From contig OZ241827.1 in the NCBI GenBank assembly GCA_965202585.1, positions 45,694,001-45,758,000 of the forward strand: DNA of 64,000 bases. Reading direction: 5' to 3'. The notes beneath the pieces are model-generated. The model made no database searches. It saw only the letters and a program-made list of their open reading frames with translations, and was not told the origin of the DNA. A program made the position numbers and the translations under genes. Positions 14,416 to 27,048 of the stretch are shown here, piece after piece (the stretch's first letter is position 1; the number at the start of each line of letters is the position of its first letter). The DNA is from Thalia democratica. Taxonomy: Eukaryota.

Positions 14416-17400
14416 CTACTTAAACATCACCATTTGTACGAACTCTGCAAAAAAAAATATTTTGTTTATTTACTGTAAATAAAATGATATTTTTGTTAGC
14501 ATAAATACAAAAATCACACATATAAAATTTTCTAACGTATGTTAGTAGCAAGCACTATTTTCTATAAATTTTAGGAGTTAAAACATTGTAATGTAGAAAA
14601 ACTTAAATATTTTGAATTAATTTTATCACTTAGTTAAATTATTTTATGTATTTAGATTTCACTCTAAGTGTACGTTCTTACTTTAAAAAATATTGAGTTT
14701 ACTAATAAAAATGTAAAATATATAGGAACATAGTCTCTTTTTTTGTATAGTTGAATACAATTGAATTATAAGAACAATACATCTGTGAATGAGATGAAAC
14801 TTTAATGTAAGTATTTAATAAACATTAGTCTGATTGTATTTTTTTAGCTTATAAGCATTTTTTAATCATACACTTATAATTTCTATAGGCATTGATGAAA
14901 AATAGTTATAAAATAGAGCAGCTCTTTTTTAGTGTTTAAATTAAATTTGATAAATGCCTAACTAGTACTTTTTTAAATATTTTTTTTTGTTGCTATAACT
15001 CTACTTAGTTGGGTATACGTTCTTAGTTCTCTTCACAACTGAAAGTTCGAACTTCGAAACTTTAAACTATGATAGTTCTGATTTTTAGTAAACTATATAC
15101 CTTATAATATTTTCTTTATAACTTTAACCATAATTGTCGTATTAGTATATTTTAGGTAAATTGTTTTTTAACTAAATTTATTAGAGATGGCTTAATAAGA
15201 AAATTACTTACTAAAATTATTTTTACCAACTATGAGTTTTATCTTTTATAACTTTTTTCATCTTAACCATAGTCTTATTACTTTACCTTCTGGTACAATA
15301 GTTTATAGTTTATTTCAACTAATTTTCTAAGATATTTTCGTTTAGATATATAATAAAAATTTTAGTTGTCATAATTTAAATTATTATGCAACCGTTTAGT
15401 TAATACTTATTGCATAAAAAAATTAAAATTTTACCTAGATTTTGTAAACTTTAAATAGTTTTTTAGTTTAGTTTGTTTTAAACCTGTGAATTATTATAAA
15501 TTACAATACTGTTTATTAGGGTAGGTGTAATATTTGCACAAGCGTACAAAATTGCACGAAGGGACAAAATTGCACGAAAATAAAATTGCACGAAGACACT
15601 TTTGCACGAAGGGTCAGTTTTGCACGAATACATTTTTGTACAGCTTTTTATTAATTAAATTTATATTTTTTACTTTTATATTACTTATTATTTTTTTTTA
15701 CTATTATTATTACCCCTAACCCTTACTCTCGGTCTTTTTTTTCTTTTCTTTTTTTAATTAGTTTATTTTTATTTATTTTTCTTGTTATTTTTTAAAAGTA
15801 ATTTTTATAAGTTTTATTTTAGTTTTTATTTCTACTATCACTTTTAAACCTATCCCTTATCCTCGGTCGGTAACCTTTTTTTTTCTCCTTGTTTTTTTTA
15901 TTTTTTTTTTTTTAAATCTTTTTTTTCTGTTTTTTCTTTTCACTCACGTGCTAAAATGACCCTCCGTGCAAAATTTTCTTCGTGCAATTGTGTCCCCTCA
16001 TACAAAATAGACCCTTCGTGCAAATTTGTTTAAATTTTGGTTATTATCCAAGCTTTCAAAAACATTTCTAGCTTTTGTTAGACTTATTTTGAAAATTATT
16101 AATAAAAATTTAATGATGTTTGAAGTATTTTTTTCAAAAAACCATTAGTTTTCAACTATACATTAATTTATCAAATATTTTCAATAAACCTTCGTAGTTA
16201 ACTTTACCATCACCGTCAACATCTGCTTGTCGAACCATGTTCTCCGCTTCTTCTGATGACAGGTTTTCACCGTAACGTGTTAAAACTTGGTGTAACTCCT
16301 CAGCCGAAATATAACCGTTTCCATCCTAAATAAACAAAAAAATATCAGTTTATTGAATAACTTAGTTTATCGAAATTTTTGTTTTTAAGTAACGAACGAA
16401 GTAGCCTTATATGAAGTAAATTCTTTTTGAGTGAGGGCGTTCAAATACCTTATGGTTCTATCTTTCTAGATGTTGGTATATAGAATGAAATGTAATATCA
16501 TTTAAACTAACTAATTGATTTTTTATAAATGAAATGAGTAGTTTAAACTACAAAAATTTGCAATATCAATAATAAATTTATTGCAAAATATTAAAAAGTC
16601 TTATTAATAATCCTTCTTTTTACAAGTTTTAATGTTGGAATAGTCTCTAGTGCATATATTTATTTTTTTAAATACTTATATTTAATTTTAAGCTCTTAGT
16701 TTTTAAAATTTAGATAGAAAATTGACCATAAACTAATAAACTTTATTTATCTAAAGTTTTTTTTTTTTATCAAATTTTACTTTACTGATCTAAAATGTTT
16801 CGTTTAATTTTAAAACTTATAATACTAAAAAATACTAAATTTATAAACAAAAAATGTTTACATAAAAACTGATTGAATGCATTTGAATTTTAACACTACT
16901 TAGTTAAAAGTAAATTTGTCTGAAAGTTTAGGAAAAAATAAATTTGGCTCAGTGATTTGATAGAAATCTAAAATAACTGTTACTCTAGTATCTCGTTGCT
17001 CTTTTTAATACTCGAAATTAGAAAAACATTTGAAAACCTGATCAAAAGCTTTAAAAGCATCGAGTATTTCTTTTTCCTTAAACGTAGTTTGAGCTTTGAG
17101 ATTCAACATTTTAATAAATTCATCGAATTCTATGCAACCATTTTCATTGCAATCAACCTTTTTTATCATTTCCTAACAATTTAAATACTTTGTTTATTGT
17201 TTTGTACATGACTAGTTATTTACAGCAATTACTTTTAGCTATATTTCTAACTTTTATTGTACGTTTTTTTAATAAGGTATTTGATAACAAAGTTTAAGGC
17301 AACTGTTTCAATAGGTTCAAATATAAGAATAAAATTTAAAGTTATCGTTTTTTGTTAAAAAATATTAAATATTTACTTTAAGTTCTTTTTCAGTAACTTT

Positions 17401-20400
17401 TTTACCAATTTCTTTCATGACTGCTGAAAGCTCATATGTTGTTATACTACCATTTCCATCCTTGTCAAACAAATTGAACAGTCTTTTGTACTCTGAAACA
17501 TATTTTAATATTTTCTTTGTTACTACATAATATGCATGGAAAAAGTCGTAAAAACTATACTAGTTAAAACTTATGTTCTATCTGACACAGTTCTCACTCG
17601 TTAGTTTTTCTTAACTCCAAGATTTATTTCATAATCAAACAATAAGATTATACAACAATAAAGTATTTAGAATAAATTTCTTATATTTTTAAAAATATGA
17701 ATTTATTCTTTCAAGAATTTATTTTGCAAACTAAGTTTCGGTCAAAGACCTCAAAATAGAATTCTATTTGAATAAGATTTATTTAAGCACTGACGAGGTC
17801 TTTGACCGAAACTTAGTTTGTAAAAGAAATTTTTGAAAGAATAAATTCATTATTTTTCCTCCAGTAGTTAAGATCTCTCTATTTGTTTTCTTAAAACGAA
17901 AACATATAATACTCTTAAAAATATTTCAATAAATGTTTTGTAATTTTTGTTTTTTTTTCGCAGTAACAAATTAAATCAAAACTACTTGTATTATAGTTTG
18001 GTTCTAATTAGTAAAACTTAGTTGAGCAAACTAGTATTGCTGGCTCACTTTATAATACAAAAAGTTTTACTAACTTTTATAAAACAAGATGAAAATTTTA
18101 TAGCTATTTGTATAAATCTTATTTGTAAATTTCCTTCTTCAAATAGTATTGTTTTAAAAATCATAGAAACATAATGTTTATTTACATAATTTTATATTTT
18201 TTGAGTTCTCTTGAATTCCAAAAGTTTATTGTTTAAAATCCAAAAGTGTTTTTTAGCTTGAAAATAGCTAGTACAAAACAAATAAATTGAAAACTTTATG
18301 TAAGAAATATTTTAAAATATTCTTTTTGTACGAAATAGTTCATATTAAGTCAGGAGTCGGAACGAAAAGCAAAAATATGTGCTCTTCAAAGTACCTTTTT
18401 TAAACAATCAAAAGCAGTTTTAGTCGTAAAACCTTACAACTAAGTTTTTAGTTTTATAACTAGTAATTATCAGTGATTTAATACTGCATATATTTTCACA
18501 TTTTAATTTAAATTTATATATAACTATATTTTTTTTAATTATATTTGACCAGCAAAGACTTTTTTTATACAGTGCGGCGTAGGAGTAAAGTTTTCTACAA
18601 ATAAACTGGCTCGTTGCTTATAAAAAGTATAACTTCTGTTATATATGACAATTTTAATCCAATTTTGGTTTTAAAGAGTATTTTTTTTGGTATTACTTTC
18701 CAAAACTACCTGGCCAAAAGATACTTTACTTTTTATAAAACCGGTCCTCTATCTAAAAAAAAATTCACAGCTCTAGTTTAAAGTAATAAATTGGTTCTTT
18801 TGGTACATTGTTTCAATTTATTAGAATAAAAGCTAAATTCAATAACGTAAAAATATATTTATTGTCATATATCACTTTTTAGAAATTTTAAAAGAATATT
18901 TTCTTTTTTAAATAAGGTATTTTGTTCTTTCCTAGTACTGCATTGTTGTTATACAACTACTTTGAAAAAAAGTCATATGAAATAAAAAATAAATATAGAA
19001 ATTAAAACTATCAAAATTGATGTTAAAATGAAAATATACTAACATTATTTTTGAACGTAAAGTTTTATCTTACCTTTTAGTTGTTTCTCTGAAATCAAAA
19101 GTGCCTATAAATATTCGTTGTTAGTATAACTTAAAATTAAACTTCAAAAATTGTTAGACAATTATATTATAAACTTAGATAATTTTCAAAAAAAATTAAA
19201 AGCTTTAGATCAAAATTAGTTAAAAAACCACTATTTTATAAATTTCTAACCATCTTCTAAGTACAATGACCTCCAAAACAAAACAACTTATTTATTCGCT
19301 ATAATATTATAAAAACGTTATTTAAAAACGAAAATACTTAAGGTGCTTTACCCATTTTTTTACTATTAAACAAAACTATAAAAATTTTATATTTAGAAAA
19401 AAAATCTTAAACTAGTTTTTAACTTAAAACTAATTATAGAAAGTATAAAAAAATTATTCCTAAGTTTTGTTTTTAAATAAATATAAAATGACAAGCTGTT
19501 TAAGTTTTTAAAAGAACTAAACTGGAAGAAGATTGGGAATATAACTAGTCAAATGAACCTTTTTAAAAGCTTTCATTTTCTAAAGCTTCTTTATCTTACT
19601 TTTTAGCTTCTTCATACCTTTATATATATATATATATATACAGTCTATTGACCAACAAAAAAGCGTACAAAATATTTGGTCCTAGGGCCTGGTGCACGAA
19701 AAAACCTTTCGGTTATCGAGTCGCACACCACGGGTACCTTTAACGTCTTGTCCAGAATATTATATAACGGTTCGAATACACATTACTTTACCAATGTTTG
19801 CTAATGTATAGCTTTGAAAATACTCTTTTACATAACATTTTGATCGATAAAGAAAATACTATTTATAACAATAAAAAATCTAAATTTCCTCACTATAAGA
19901 TATTACAGTGTTTTAAAACTTAAGTTTGAATAAAAAAAACTTTGACTGATAAACTATTGAGGTTAGTTAAAATTCTAGTTACTTTAAAAAAGTTAAATAA
20001 CATTAAAACTATGCAGTGAAAAAGTGGTAAGATTTTAATAACTTTTTACTGATATTTGTTTTATCTTTGTTGATATTAAGGCTTAAATTCTGTAAACATT
20101 TAATACTCATTCATACTAAGCAGACTAATAACACGTAAGTAGTAAAACAAATGAATGACACATGACACTTTTTTTATCTAACAAAAAAACACAATAAAAG
20201 ATAATTACTGTAACATTTACACACTATGCGCTTAATAAATAAATTATAATAATTAATGATAATAACAACAAAAACATTCCTTCTATTTTAAATATAATTT
20301 TTTATATTTTAAAAACTTTTCTAAGCCTAAAAATGTAACTTTAAAGAAGCAATAAAAATATAAAGACATAAAAGGAAAATTTTTTTTTTTGGTTTCCTGA

Positions 20401-23078
20401 GAAAACTAGATTTATTTATTATAAATTTACTTGAAACAGTAATCTCAGGCAACCGTTTATTTTCATAATTGACTCCCTGTTAGAAAGTACATCTACAATT
20501 TAGTATTTTTAGTTAGTTATTTTTACATGGTCATGCTAAAAAAAAAGAAGTTTGTAAATATTCTAAAGTTAACTCAAAATAGTAATCTTAATAAATAACG
20601 TAAAGAATATCCAGATAGAAAATGCTGCAACTTAGACTGGACCACTGTTATTGTTAGCAAAAAAATCAACTTTTGAACCAAAGTAACTGGGTATTAAATG
20701 ACAATTACGATTAAATCCTTAAACAAAAGTAAACAGACGAGTAGCAATGATCACTTATGAACTTAATAATCGCTACTTAATAAATAACTTTTAAATTCAT
20801 CCTGGAACTTTCTAAAAAGACTTTGATTTTTTAAACATAATGGAAGCTCAGTCCATAAATGGTAGGCTAGCGATGTGTGACCACACTTGTTGTTAATTCT
20901 AGGTAGGAAAAAACTTGTTTTGAAGTATGATAGTTATGGGTATTTTTTACACTTTTAAAGTAATTATTAAATTTAGCTGGTTAAAAGTTATTTTAAATTT
21001 AAACATAAAAAGAACTAATTCGTATAGATAGAAAATTAACATCAATTAATATTCTTAATCACTGTGTTAGTTGTTTTTTTTTTAATAAAACATTAAGTAA
21101 AACTGTTAAAAGACTAGTCTCATTTTATAATTACAATGATGTGAAAAAAATATATACTTATTAATAAAAATATGTTGTACTAAAACAATTTTTGTGATAA
21201 TATTTACAAAGTTGTAAAAATGTTAAATATTTTAAAGCAAAATACAGCTGTACTTTTCAATCAGATTAATTGCTTTCTAATGACTAAGTTCTACACAAAA
21301 TTTAAACTTGTTTTTTTATTGTTTTTTTTTTTTGGAAATATTTAAAGCTAACTGAAGTTTTTTCACCTTAGTTTAAAGAAAAAAATAGCTGTTAAACAAT
21401 TTTATTACATTAAAACAAATAATTTTTTGCTTATAAACTTTTATTGTGTTTGAAAAGTATATATGATAGCAAATTTATCTAAATCTAAGGGTGTACCGGA
21501 TCTGGCCTGTTTTCACTAATACCCGGATCCGGCAAAATTCTTTTTATTTTTAATGTTGACTGCTGTATTAATTTTAGCGTATTGATTGTTAGCGTATTCA
21601 TTATCCTGGACATTACATTAAACTGTATCCTGGTGTATGACTTAATAACCGAAAGGTTTTCTCGTTCACCAGGTCCTTGGACCAAATTTTTGAGAGCTTT
21701 TTTTTCGTTCAATAAACAACAATATGTGTTAGTTTGATAGTAATTTTACTTTCTACGATTTATTACAAGCAAGTACTATAATATTTATATGTTTGTTAAA
21801 GATTTTAATGTGTTTTTACTAATAAAATCCTTTTTGTGCACTTTTTCAATGTTTACGATAAGGTTAGCCAACTTCTTTAGTCGGTGGACCTGATATGGTA
21901 GCGTTTTGTACATAATGGGCCAGATTTATTAGACATAGACTTTTACGGTATAATTAACTTATAGAAGATATAAACGATAACAGAGTACACTTTTAAGCTT
22001 AGAGTTTATTAGAGCACACATTGAACAAAACACAAAACTATCTAATTTACAGGCTAATTAATTTAAATTAAGCATGAAAATTTATTTTTAAACAACTTAT
22101 AGTTATTTATTTTGTTACCAACTTTGAAATGAGATCCAGATCCGGCCTTTTTTCACTAACTTCCGGATAAGGCCAGATTCTAGTTATAAAATTTGGTCCG
22201 GTTCCGGTTCTTGATTTTATAGACTACTAATCAAAACCTTTTTACAAAATAATAAAACTATGTTTATTTTCTCTATAATATAATAAACACTATAATTTTT
22301 AGTTACAAGCTTGAATTTTGTTAATGTGTAAATTTGTTTAAAGTTAAGGCTAGTATTTAAAATCACTAAAAAGTTTTTAAAGAAGTTCATAGATTTCATT
22401 TAGTCTTTGTTTACAACTAAATAGGTTTAAACAAAATTTTTCTTTAGATTATCTTACTTTTAAGTAAAAATTTAAAAAAAAAAATTTTTTTTATTCTTAA
22501 AAATTTAAGTGAACAAGTTTGTTATACACTATAATTCAGAGAAGTAAAAAATTATACTTTTATAACGTAGTTGATTTTGTTAGTTAGTTAAGAACAAACA
22601 AACTAAACAAGACCTGTAAAAATATAAAATAAAGAGCATGTATTAAAAAGATAACTGTTATTGTACATAATAGAACTTTTTAGCAAACAAAACAGCAATT
22701 AAAGAAGAGTATATTTTTTTAAGTGATTTTATTTCTAGTTTAAAGTTTTTGTTCGAATTTAACTTACAAAGAACAACAAGTAGTAAAAAATTATAAAACT
22801 GATATTAAATTGTTCTTATAATTTGAATACTTTAATTACAATTTATTTTTAATAATTTGCCTATTTTTCAAATAATTTTAACAAGACTTCCACTATGATC
22901 TACAAGCAAAATATTTTTTACTTTGGTTTAAATATTTCGAACTAACAGTTAATATTAAAATAACTAATTTAGTTGTACCTAGTTTTTTTTTACAAATTTA
23001 TTTGGGGTTCAGCAAATTTTAAAATAAACTTACTTTAAACTAAATATGCTCAAAATAAATAAGTTTCTAACGTACCAT
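14416..23078 (-). CDS. Calmodulin-like EF-hand protein, 149 aa
   Basis: Exons (minus strand): 23076-23078 (ATG only, donor GTACGT; tentative), 19074-19104, 17377-17492, 17038-17172, 16190-16325, 14416-14444; total 450 nt. Four EF loops: [48 protein letters not shown]. Too divergent to be true calmodulin. Not in the ORF track. Confidence 0.9.
15518..16030. mobile_element. MITE, asymmetric-end family with TTGCACGA subrepeats, in last intron of the CaM-like gene
   Basis: Left end AGGGTAGGTGT; tandem TTGCACGAA in the left arm, TCGTGCAA in the right arm; internal CCCCTAACCCTTA motifs. The right terminus is eroded. Confidence 0.7.
17761..17776 (+). other. Retro-copied spliced leader sequence (ascidian type)
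   Basis: Exact ATTCTATTTGAATAAG, the Ciona intestinalis SL as I recall it. It is followed by ATTT rather than a GT donor, so it is a spliced product, not an SL RNA gene. Confidence 0.75.
17777..17830 (+). ncRNA. Type I minimal hammerhead ribozyme
   Basis: Core CTGACGA (17790-96), stem II GGTC-TTT-GACC, GAAAC (17808-12), short helix III AC-TTA-GT, triplet GTT (17816-18). Helix I is GCA/TGT plus ATTTATTT/AAAGAAAT; the inverted copy gives the better-pairing TGC and AAATAAAT. Confidence 0.75.
19621..19640. repeat. (TA)10 microsatellite
   Basis: Direct reading of the sequence. Confidence 0.95.
19645..19770 (+). repeat. Dispersed ~125-bp structured repeat (copy 1; others 21595-21715 -, 23165-23245 +, 43040-43160 -, weak 40615-40675 +)
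   Basis: Shared core CCTGGTGTACGAAAAAACCTTTCGGTTATCGAGTCGTACACC, preceded by TATTGAAC..AAAAAAAGC.CTCAAAA. Confidence 0.75.
21487..22212. mobile_element. Degenerate hAT-like element with CCGGAT subterminal repeats
   Basis: Left end AGGGTGTACCGGATCTGGCC...CCGGATCCGG; the right region repeats ATCCGGCC....TTCACTAA...CCGG. No clean TSD. Confidence 0.5.
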
Positions 23079-24655
23079 TATTTGTCTTAAGACTTATTTT
23101 AAGCTCACTTAAAATTTTATGATTTTTACTTTCTTTTAAACTAGATACCGTGAATTTATTATTTTATTGAACGACAAAAAAATCCTCAAAATATTTTTCT
23201 CGGGACCTGGTGTACGAAAAAAAACCTTTTGGTTATCGAGTCGGATTTATGAAAAGAGGATAGTTATAATTATTAAAAAAAAGACATATTTTGCCAAGTT
23301 AAAAAATCTTTGGGCCATACCTCAAAAAGTAAAATGTACCCAGAAATTCCAGCTAACGAATATTATGATAGTCGCTAACAAATTTTAAAATACTATATTT
23401 AAAAAGATAAAATTATATCGTCTTGCACCCACCAAACCTATATCATTCAGAACTTAAGACCAACAATTTATTCTATAGTGTTTATCTAAAACAACTAAGA
23501 AATGACTTGTTCTTGTGATTAGTCACATATATTTTTTAAATAAGTTAAAAGAGATTTTAGCTTTTTTTTATGGATTTAATTGGAAAGGGTAGTTGACTAA
23601 TATGAAAAACTATATCAACGAAAAAATCAAACTAACTTCTTTGTTTTTTTGATAAAACTCGTTACAATTAAATTAAGCTTCTATGTGGTTATCAATTAGC
23701 TGACCAATTATAAGCGTTCAAATCCTTAATCAAACATTAACATATGATTTTTTCAAAATGAAGTTTTTTTATTCTTTTAGATTTTCTCAACTGTACTAAA
23801 GTACAACTATATGATCACTATACAAGTAACCTTTTTTCAGCTTAGGTAACTTAGCTTAATCATTAATCAGCTTAATACATTCATTATTATGTATGGTTTT
23901 CTTTAAGTTTTGTCGGTTTTAAAAGAAAACGGTAACGTGATCATTTTTCAGCAATTTAACACTACTTTACTTCTTTAAACTTATTTCAAAAATTGTAAAA
24001 AGTTTTAATTATTAATTTTTCACTAACTAAATTAGAATCTTAATTTTTCAAAAGTTCTTCTTTTTGTAAAGTGCAGTTAAAGATTGTCACAACAAGTTCT
24101 AGTTGTTTTCATATTCAGGACAGATAAAATTAATGTAATTTCTAAAATTGGTATGTATCGTATAAAAATAGTTTAACAATAGACATATTATATAGAAATT
24201 ATACTATTTGGTTTGGATAAAATGTTACCGACAAGTTTGACAAACGATTCTCAATTTAATTTATTTACTACACAGTATTTTTTTTGTTTTCGTTTACATT
24301 GCGATAAAACGTAATAAAAGCAACTAATAACAGGATGCATAACGAAAATTGTCATTCTCACAACAACATGCATTAATTTGTTTATTTGATAAACTAATTT
24401 TACTTGGTGCCAAACAATAGATCAATTATTTTTTCAAATTTTTAAGACTACTTGCAAAATACCAAGTTAAAATATGTAGAAGTTTAGGTTCAAAACAAAA
24501 CCGAGTATAGCAGCTAACTGAGTGTCCAACATAAACTTGAGCAATACCAAAAAAAACGATCTAGTCATGAAGACAAAAGCACCTTGTACGGCAGTAAAAT
24601 AAATCAACATGAGCTAAAGTTCGGTTAATAAACCGGTGGTAGGGAAGCAGGAATT

Positions 24656-26401
24656 TTATTGGTAAGGAAATATGGAATGAGTTATATTTTTGGGAAGAAA
24701 ATTTTTTGCATTCAACTTGAGCGTGTTTTCCTCGTTACTTTCATTTAACTCACCCGTCGATATCAAATCAGATATGATGCTGTTTTCAAGAACCTTGTGG
24801 TAGTTGTTGTCCTCACTCAAGATAAATGAATCTTCATAATCCCACACATTAGATTGCAGGTAAATATGTCTGAGAACAAGATCGTCTTTCAATGTCGGAA
24901 AGTAGTATTGAGGCTGGTTCCAAATGACCCCTTCTTGAAGTGCATCTATTACATACTCTTCAATGCTTGCAGTACTTTCTTGAGCGTTGCAATTTCTCAA
25001 GCGATTAACTTCACTTCGAATATAGTTGATCATTTTAGCCTTTTCGTAGAAACTCAACGACTTCGACTTGCATAGGGCAAGAAAATCAAAGCTGTGTTTT
25101 TCTTTCATATGATCAAATATTGCGGAAACGCTGTTGAAAGCTTGGTTGCAGAAAAAGCAAAAACCGGGCCCTTCTTTTTCGGGCCAACCTTCAAAATCGT
25201 CTTCGTCGACATCATCAGCTTCTTGGTGAATTTTAATCCAGTTCATATTGAGCTCAGTGTAATTGATCAGATAAAATTTGTCGTACTCTTTGTTTTGGGG
25301 GTTCAGCTTTCTGTGGTTCTTTTTGCGCATGTGTTCTCGCAAAGCCACGCGATCTTTAAATATGTTTTCGCACATCAAACACTGCAAGTTGTTCATTTTG
25401 CTCTCAATGAGATCGAGAAACTCTCGAACATTCACCATATTGTCAGGGTGTCCCGGACGAAAGTTGTGCGCCTCGGACATGTGAGAGAAGAGATCTTTTC
25501 TGTTGCCTCTGAAAACTTTGTTGCAAAACAAGCAGTTTCTTTCAAAGTTGCAGTCCTTCCTTTCAAACTCCAGTCTTAAAAGTAGCTGCTTGAGTTTCAC
25601 ATACTTAAGTTTTTGGCGAACCTCCTTGTCTTCGGGCAGAGAATCACTGAGCAAGTAGTACTCTTCTTTTGGTCCAAAATCTTTCGGTCCGCAGTTGGTG
25701 AGAATCTTGTGACAAAAGTCGCTCAGCTTGTGATTCTTCAATCGATTTTTCCAGTGAAGAAAGTAATTTTGCTTGTCGGTTATTTGATTACAATCTGAAA
25801 TGACAAGACAATGCTTGACTATTAAATGAGCGAGATATGAATCCAGCTTTTTTTTAGTGGAATCAATGTCAGTGACGCTAAAATCACATAACACGCATGG
25901 AGTTTCATTGTCAAGTAGGCTTCCAGGATCAAGAAGCAAATTAACTCCTTCGTTAATTTCTTCATCATCATCTGACATGTCAATATCAAACTCATCCGAA
26001 GGAATCGTGTTTAATGCAGGAAAAACTGGCTGACCTTCAAAGTTCTTATAAACGAAATCAGTTTTCTGATCAACCTTGCAACTTTTTTTCAATTTTGACA
26101 TTACAGCCTCCAAGTCGTTGTTCATCATAGCAGCACCACTTTTTCTTACGTCTCCTCCTGCTATGTTCTCATTTGGCTTACTTTCCGTTTTTTGGTGGCC
26201 AACCAATACTGAATGATTTGTAGAAAAAGTAGTATCACCAATGTTAGAAGAATTATTGTTCTTTTTGTCTTCCATTTTGATCTTTGTATCGCTGCTTTGC
26301 TCAAGTATATCAGCATTGTTGTTGTTTAAAACATTTTCTACAATATGATTGATGTTGTTAAGGTTGCCAACAGCTCCAGACATAAAAGGTGCGCTTGTCA
26401 T
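24656..26401 (-). CDS. ZNF277: Zinc finger protein 277 ortholog, intronless, 581 aa
   Basis: Uninterrupted ORF. CVLC...HLIVKHCLVI, YYLLSDSLPED, CLFCNKVF...HMSEAH, LQCLMCENIFKDRVALREHMRKKNHRKLNPQNKEYDKFYLINY match ZNF277. Confidence 0.93.
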   Translation of the reverse strand: MTSAPFMSGAVGNLNNINHIVENVLNNNNADILEQSSDTKIKMEDKKNNNSSNIGDTTFSTNHSVLVGHQKTESKPNENIAGGDVRKSGAAMMNNDLEAVMSKLKKSCKVDQKTDFVYKNFEGQPVFPALNTIPSDEFDIDMSDDDEEINEGVNLLLDPGSLLDNETPCVLCDFSVTDIDSTKKKLDSYLAHLIVKHCLVISDCNQITDKQNYFLHWKNRLKNHKLSDFCHKILTNCGPKDFGPKEEYYLLSDSLPEDKEVRQKLKYVKLKQLLLRLEFERKDCNFERNCLFCNKVFRGNRKDLFSHMSEAHNFRPGHPDNMVNVREFLDLIESKMNNLQCLMCENIFKDRVALREHMRKKNHRKLNPQNKEYDKFYLINYTELNMNWIKIHQEADDVDEDDFEGWPEKEGPGFCFFCNQAFNSVSAIFDHMKEKHSFDFLALCKSKSLSFYEKAKMINYIRSEVNRLRNCNAQESTASIEEYVIDALQEGVIWNQPQYYFPTLKDDLVLRHIYLQSNVWDYEDSFILSEDNNYHKVLENSIISDLISTGELNESNEENTLKLNAKNFLPKNITHSIFPYQ

Positions 26402-26837
26402 TTCTGCGTTTTTTTACAACTTAAGTAAAGTGTATCGATTTCAAATTTGGAATTCTTTATTTCAACAACAAAAACTTTTATTTTCAAATGCAAACTTGTG
26501 GTTATTTTATACTATAGTTAATTATATTGCTATGGCGTCATACCTGAAAAAATGTATATAAATCATAACATATACATACATTGTTCAATTAATTTAAGAT
26601 TAAAAAAGAATGTACCTTTTTAGAAACTGATTTTATTTTTTAAGTTTTCCAACTTGATTTAAGCTTTTTAAAGAATTGAAAACATACTAAAATAATGTCT
26701 TGACAGTCTTTTATCAAAAAAATATGTTGTTTTAGCTGTACTTTTTTGTAAAAGTAAATTAAAACTAAATCTTAATAATTTTAACTAAATATGTATATAT
26801 ACAAATTAAACATTATTCTTTTTTTATTACACTAAAA

Positions 26838-27048
26838 CACGGATCGGCAGGTCAAAAAAAGAACGTTTTTTATTTGCATTAAAAAACATATTTAAGGATA
26901 ATTATTTTCAACAAAAATAATTTATGCCATAGATTATCCTTTAGATAACACTAAAATTTCATTTTTCTTTTTTCGAGAGTATCAATATATTAAACTAGTT
27001 GAAACAAAATTTTAATGCGGCCCGCGGGCCGCAGTTTGCCGACCCCTG
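26838..27048. mobile_element. hAT (Charlie-type) MITE
   Basis: Ends CACGGATCGGCAGG / GCGGGCCGCAGTTTGCCGACCCCTG; TSD cactaaaa / caataaaa (7/8). Confidence 0.8.

Larger units (their letters stand above)
17691..17857 (+). mobile_element. Spliced-leader-capped hammerhead mini-retroelement with inverted partial duplication
   Basis: Arms 17691-17753 and 17794-17857 are inverted copies. The centre holds the Ciona-type SL (17761-17776) fused directly to an HHR. Confidence 0.75.

Noticed and set aside
17761-17776. SL RNA gene
   Set aside because: An SL RNA gene needs a GT donor right after the leader and an Sm site; here the leader runs straight into the ribozyme, so it is treated as a processed copy.
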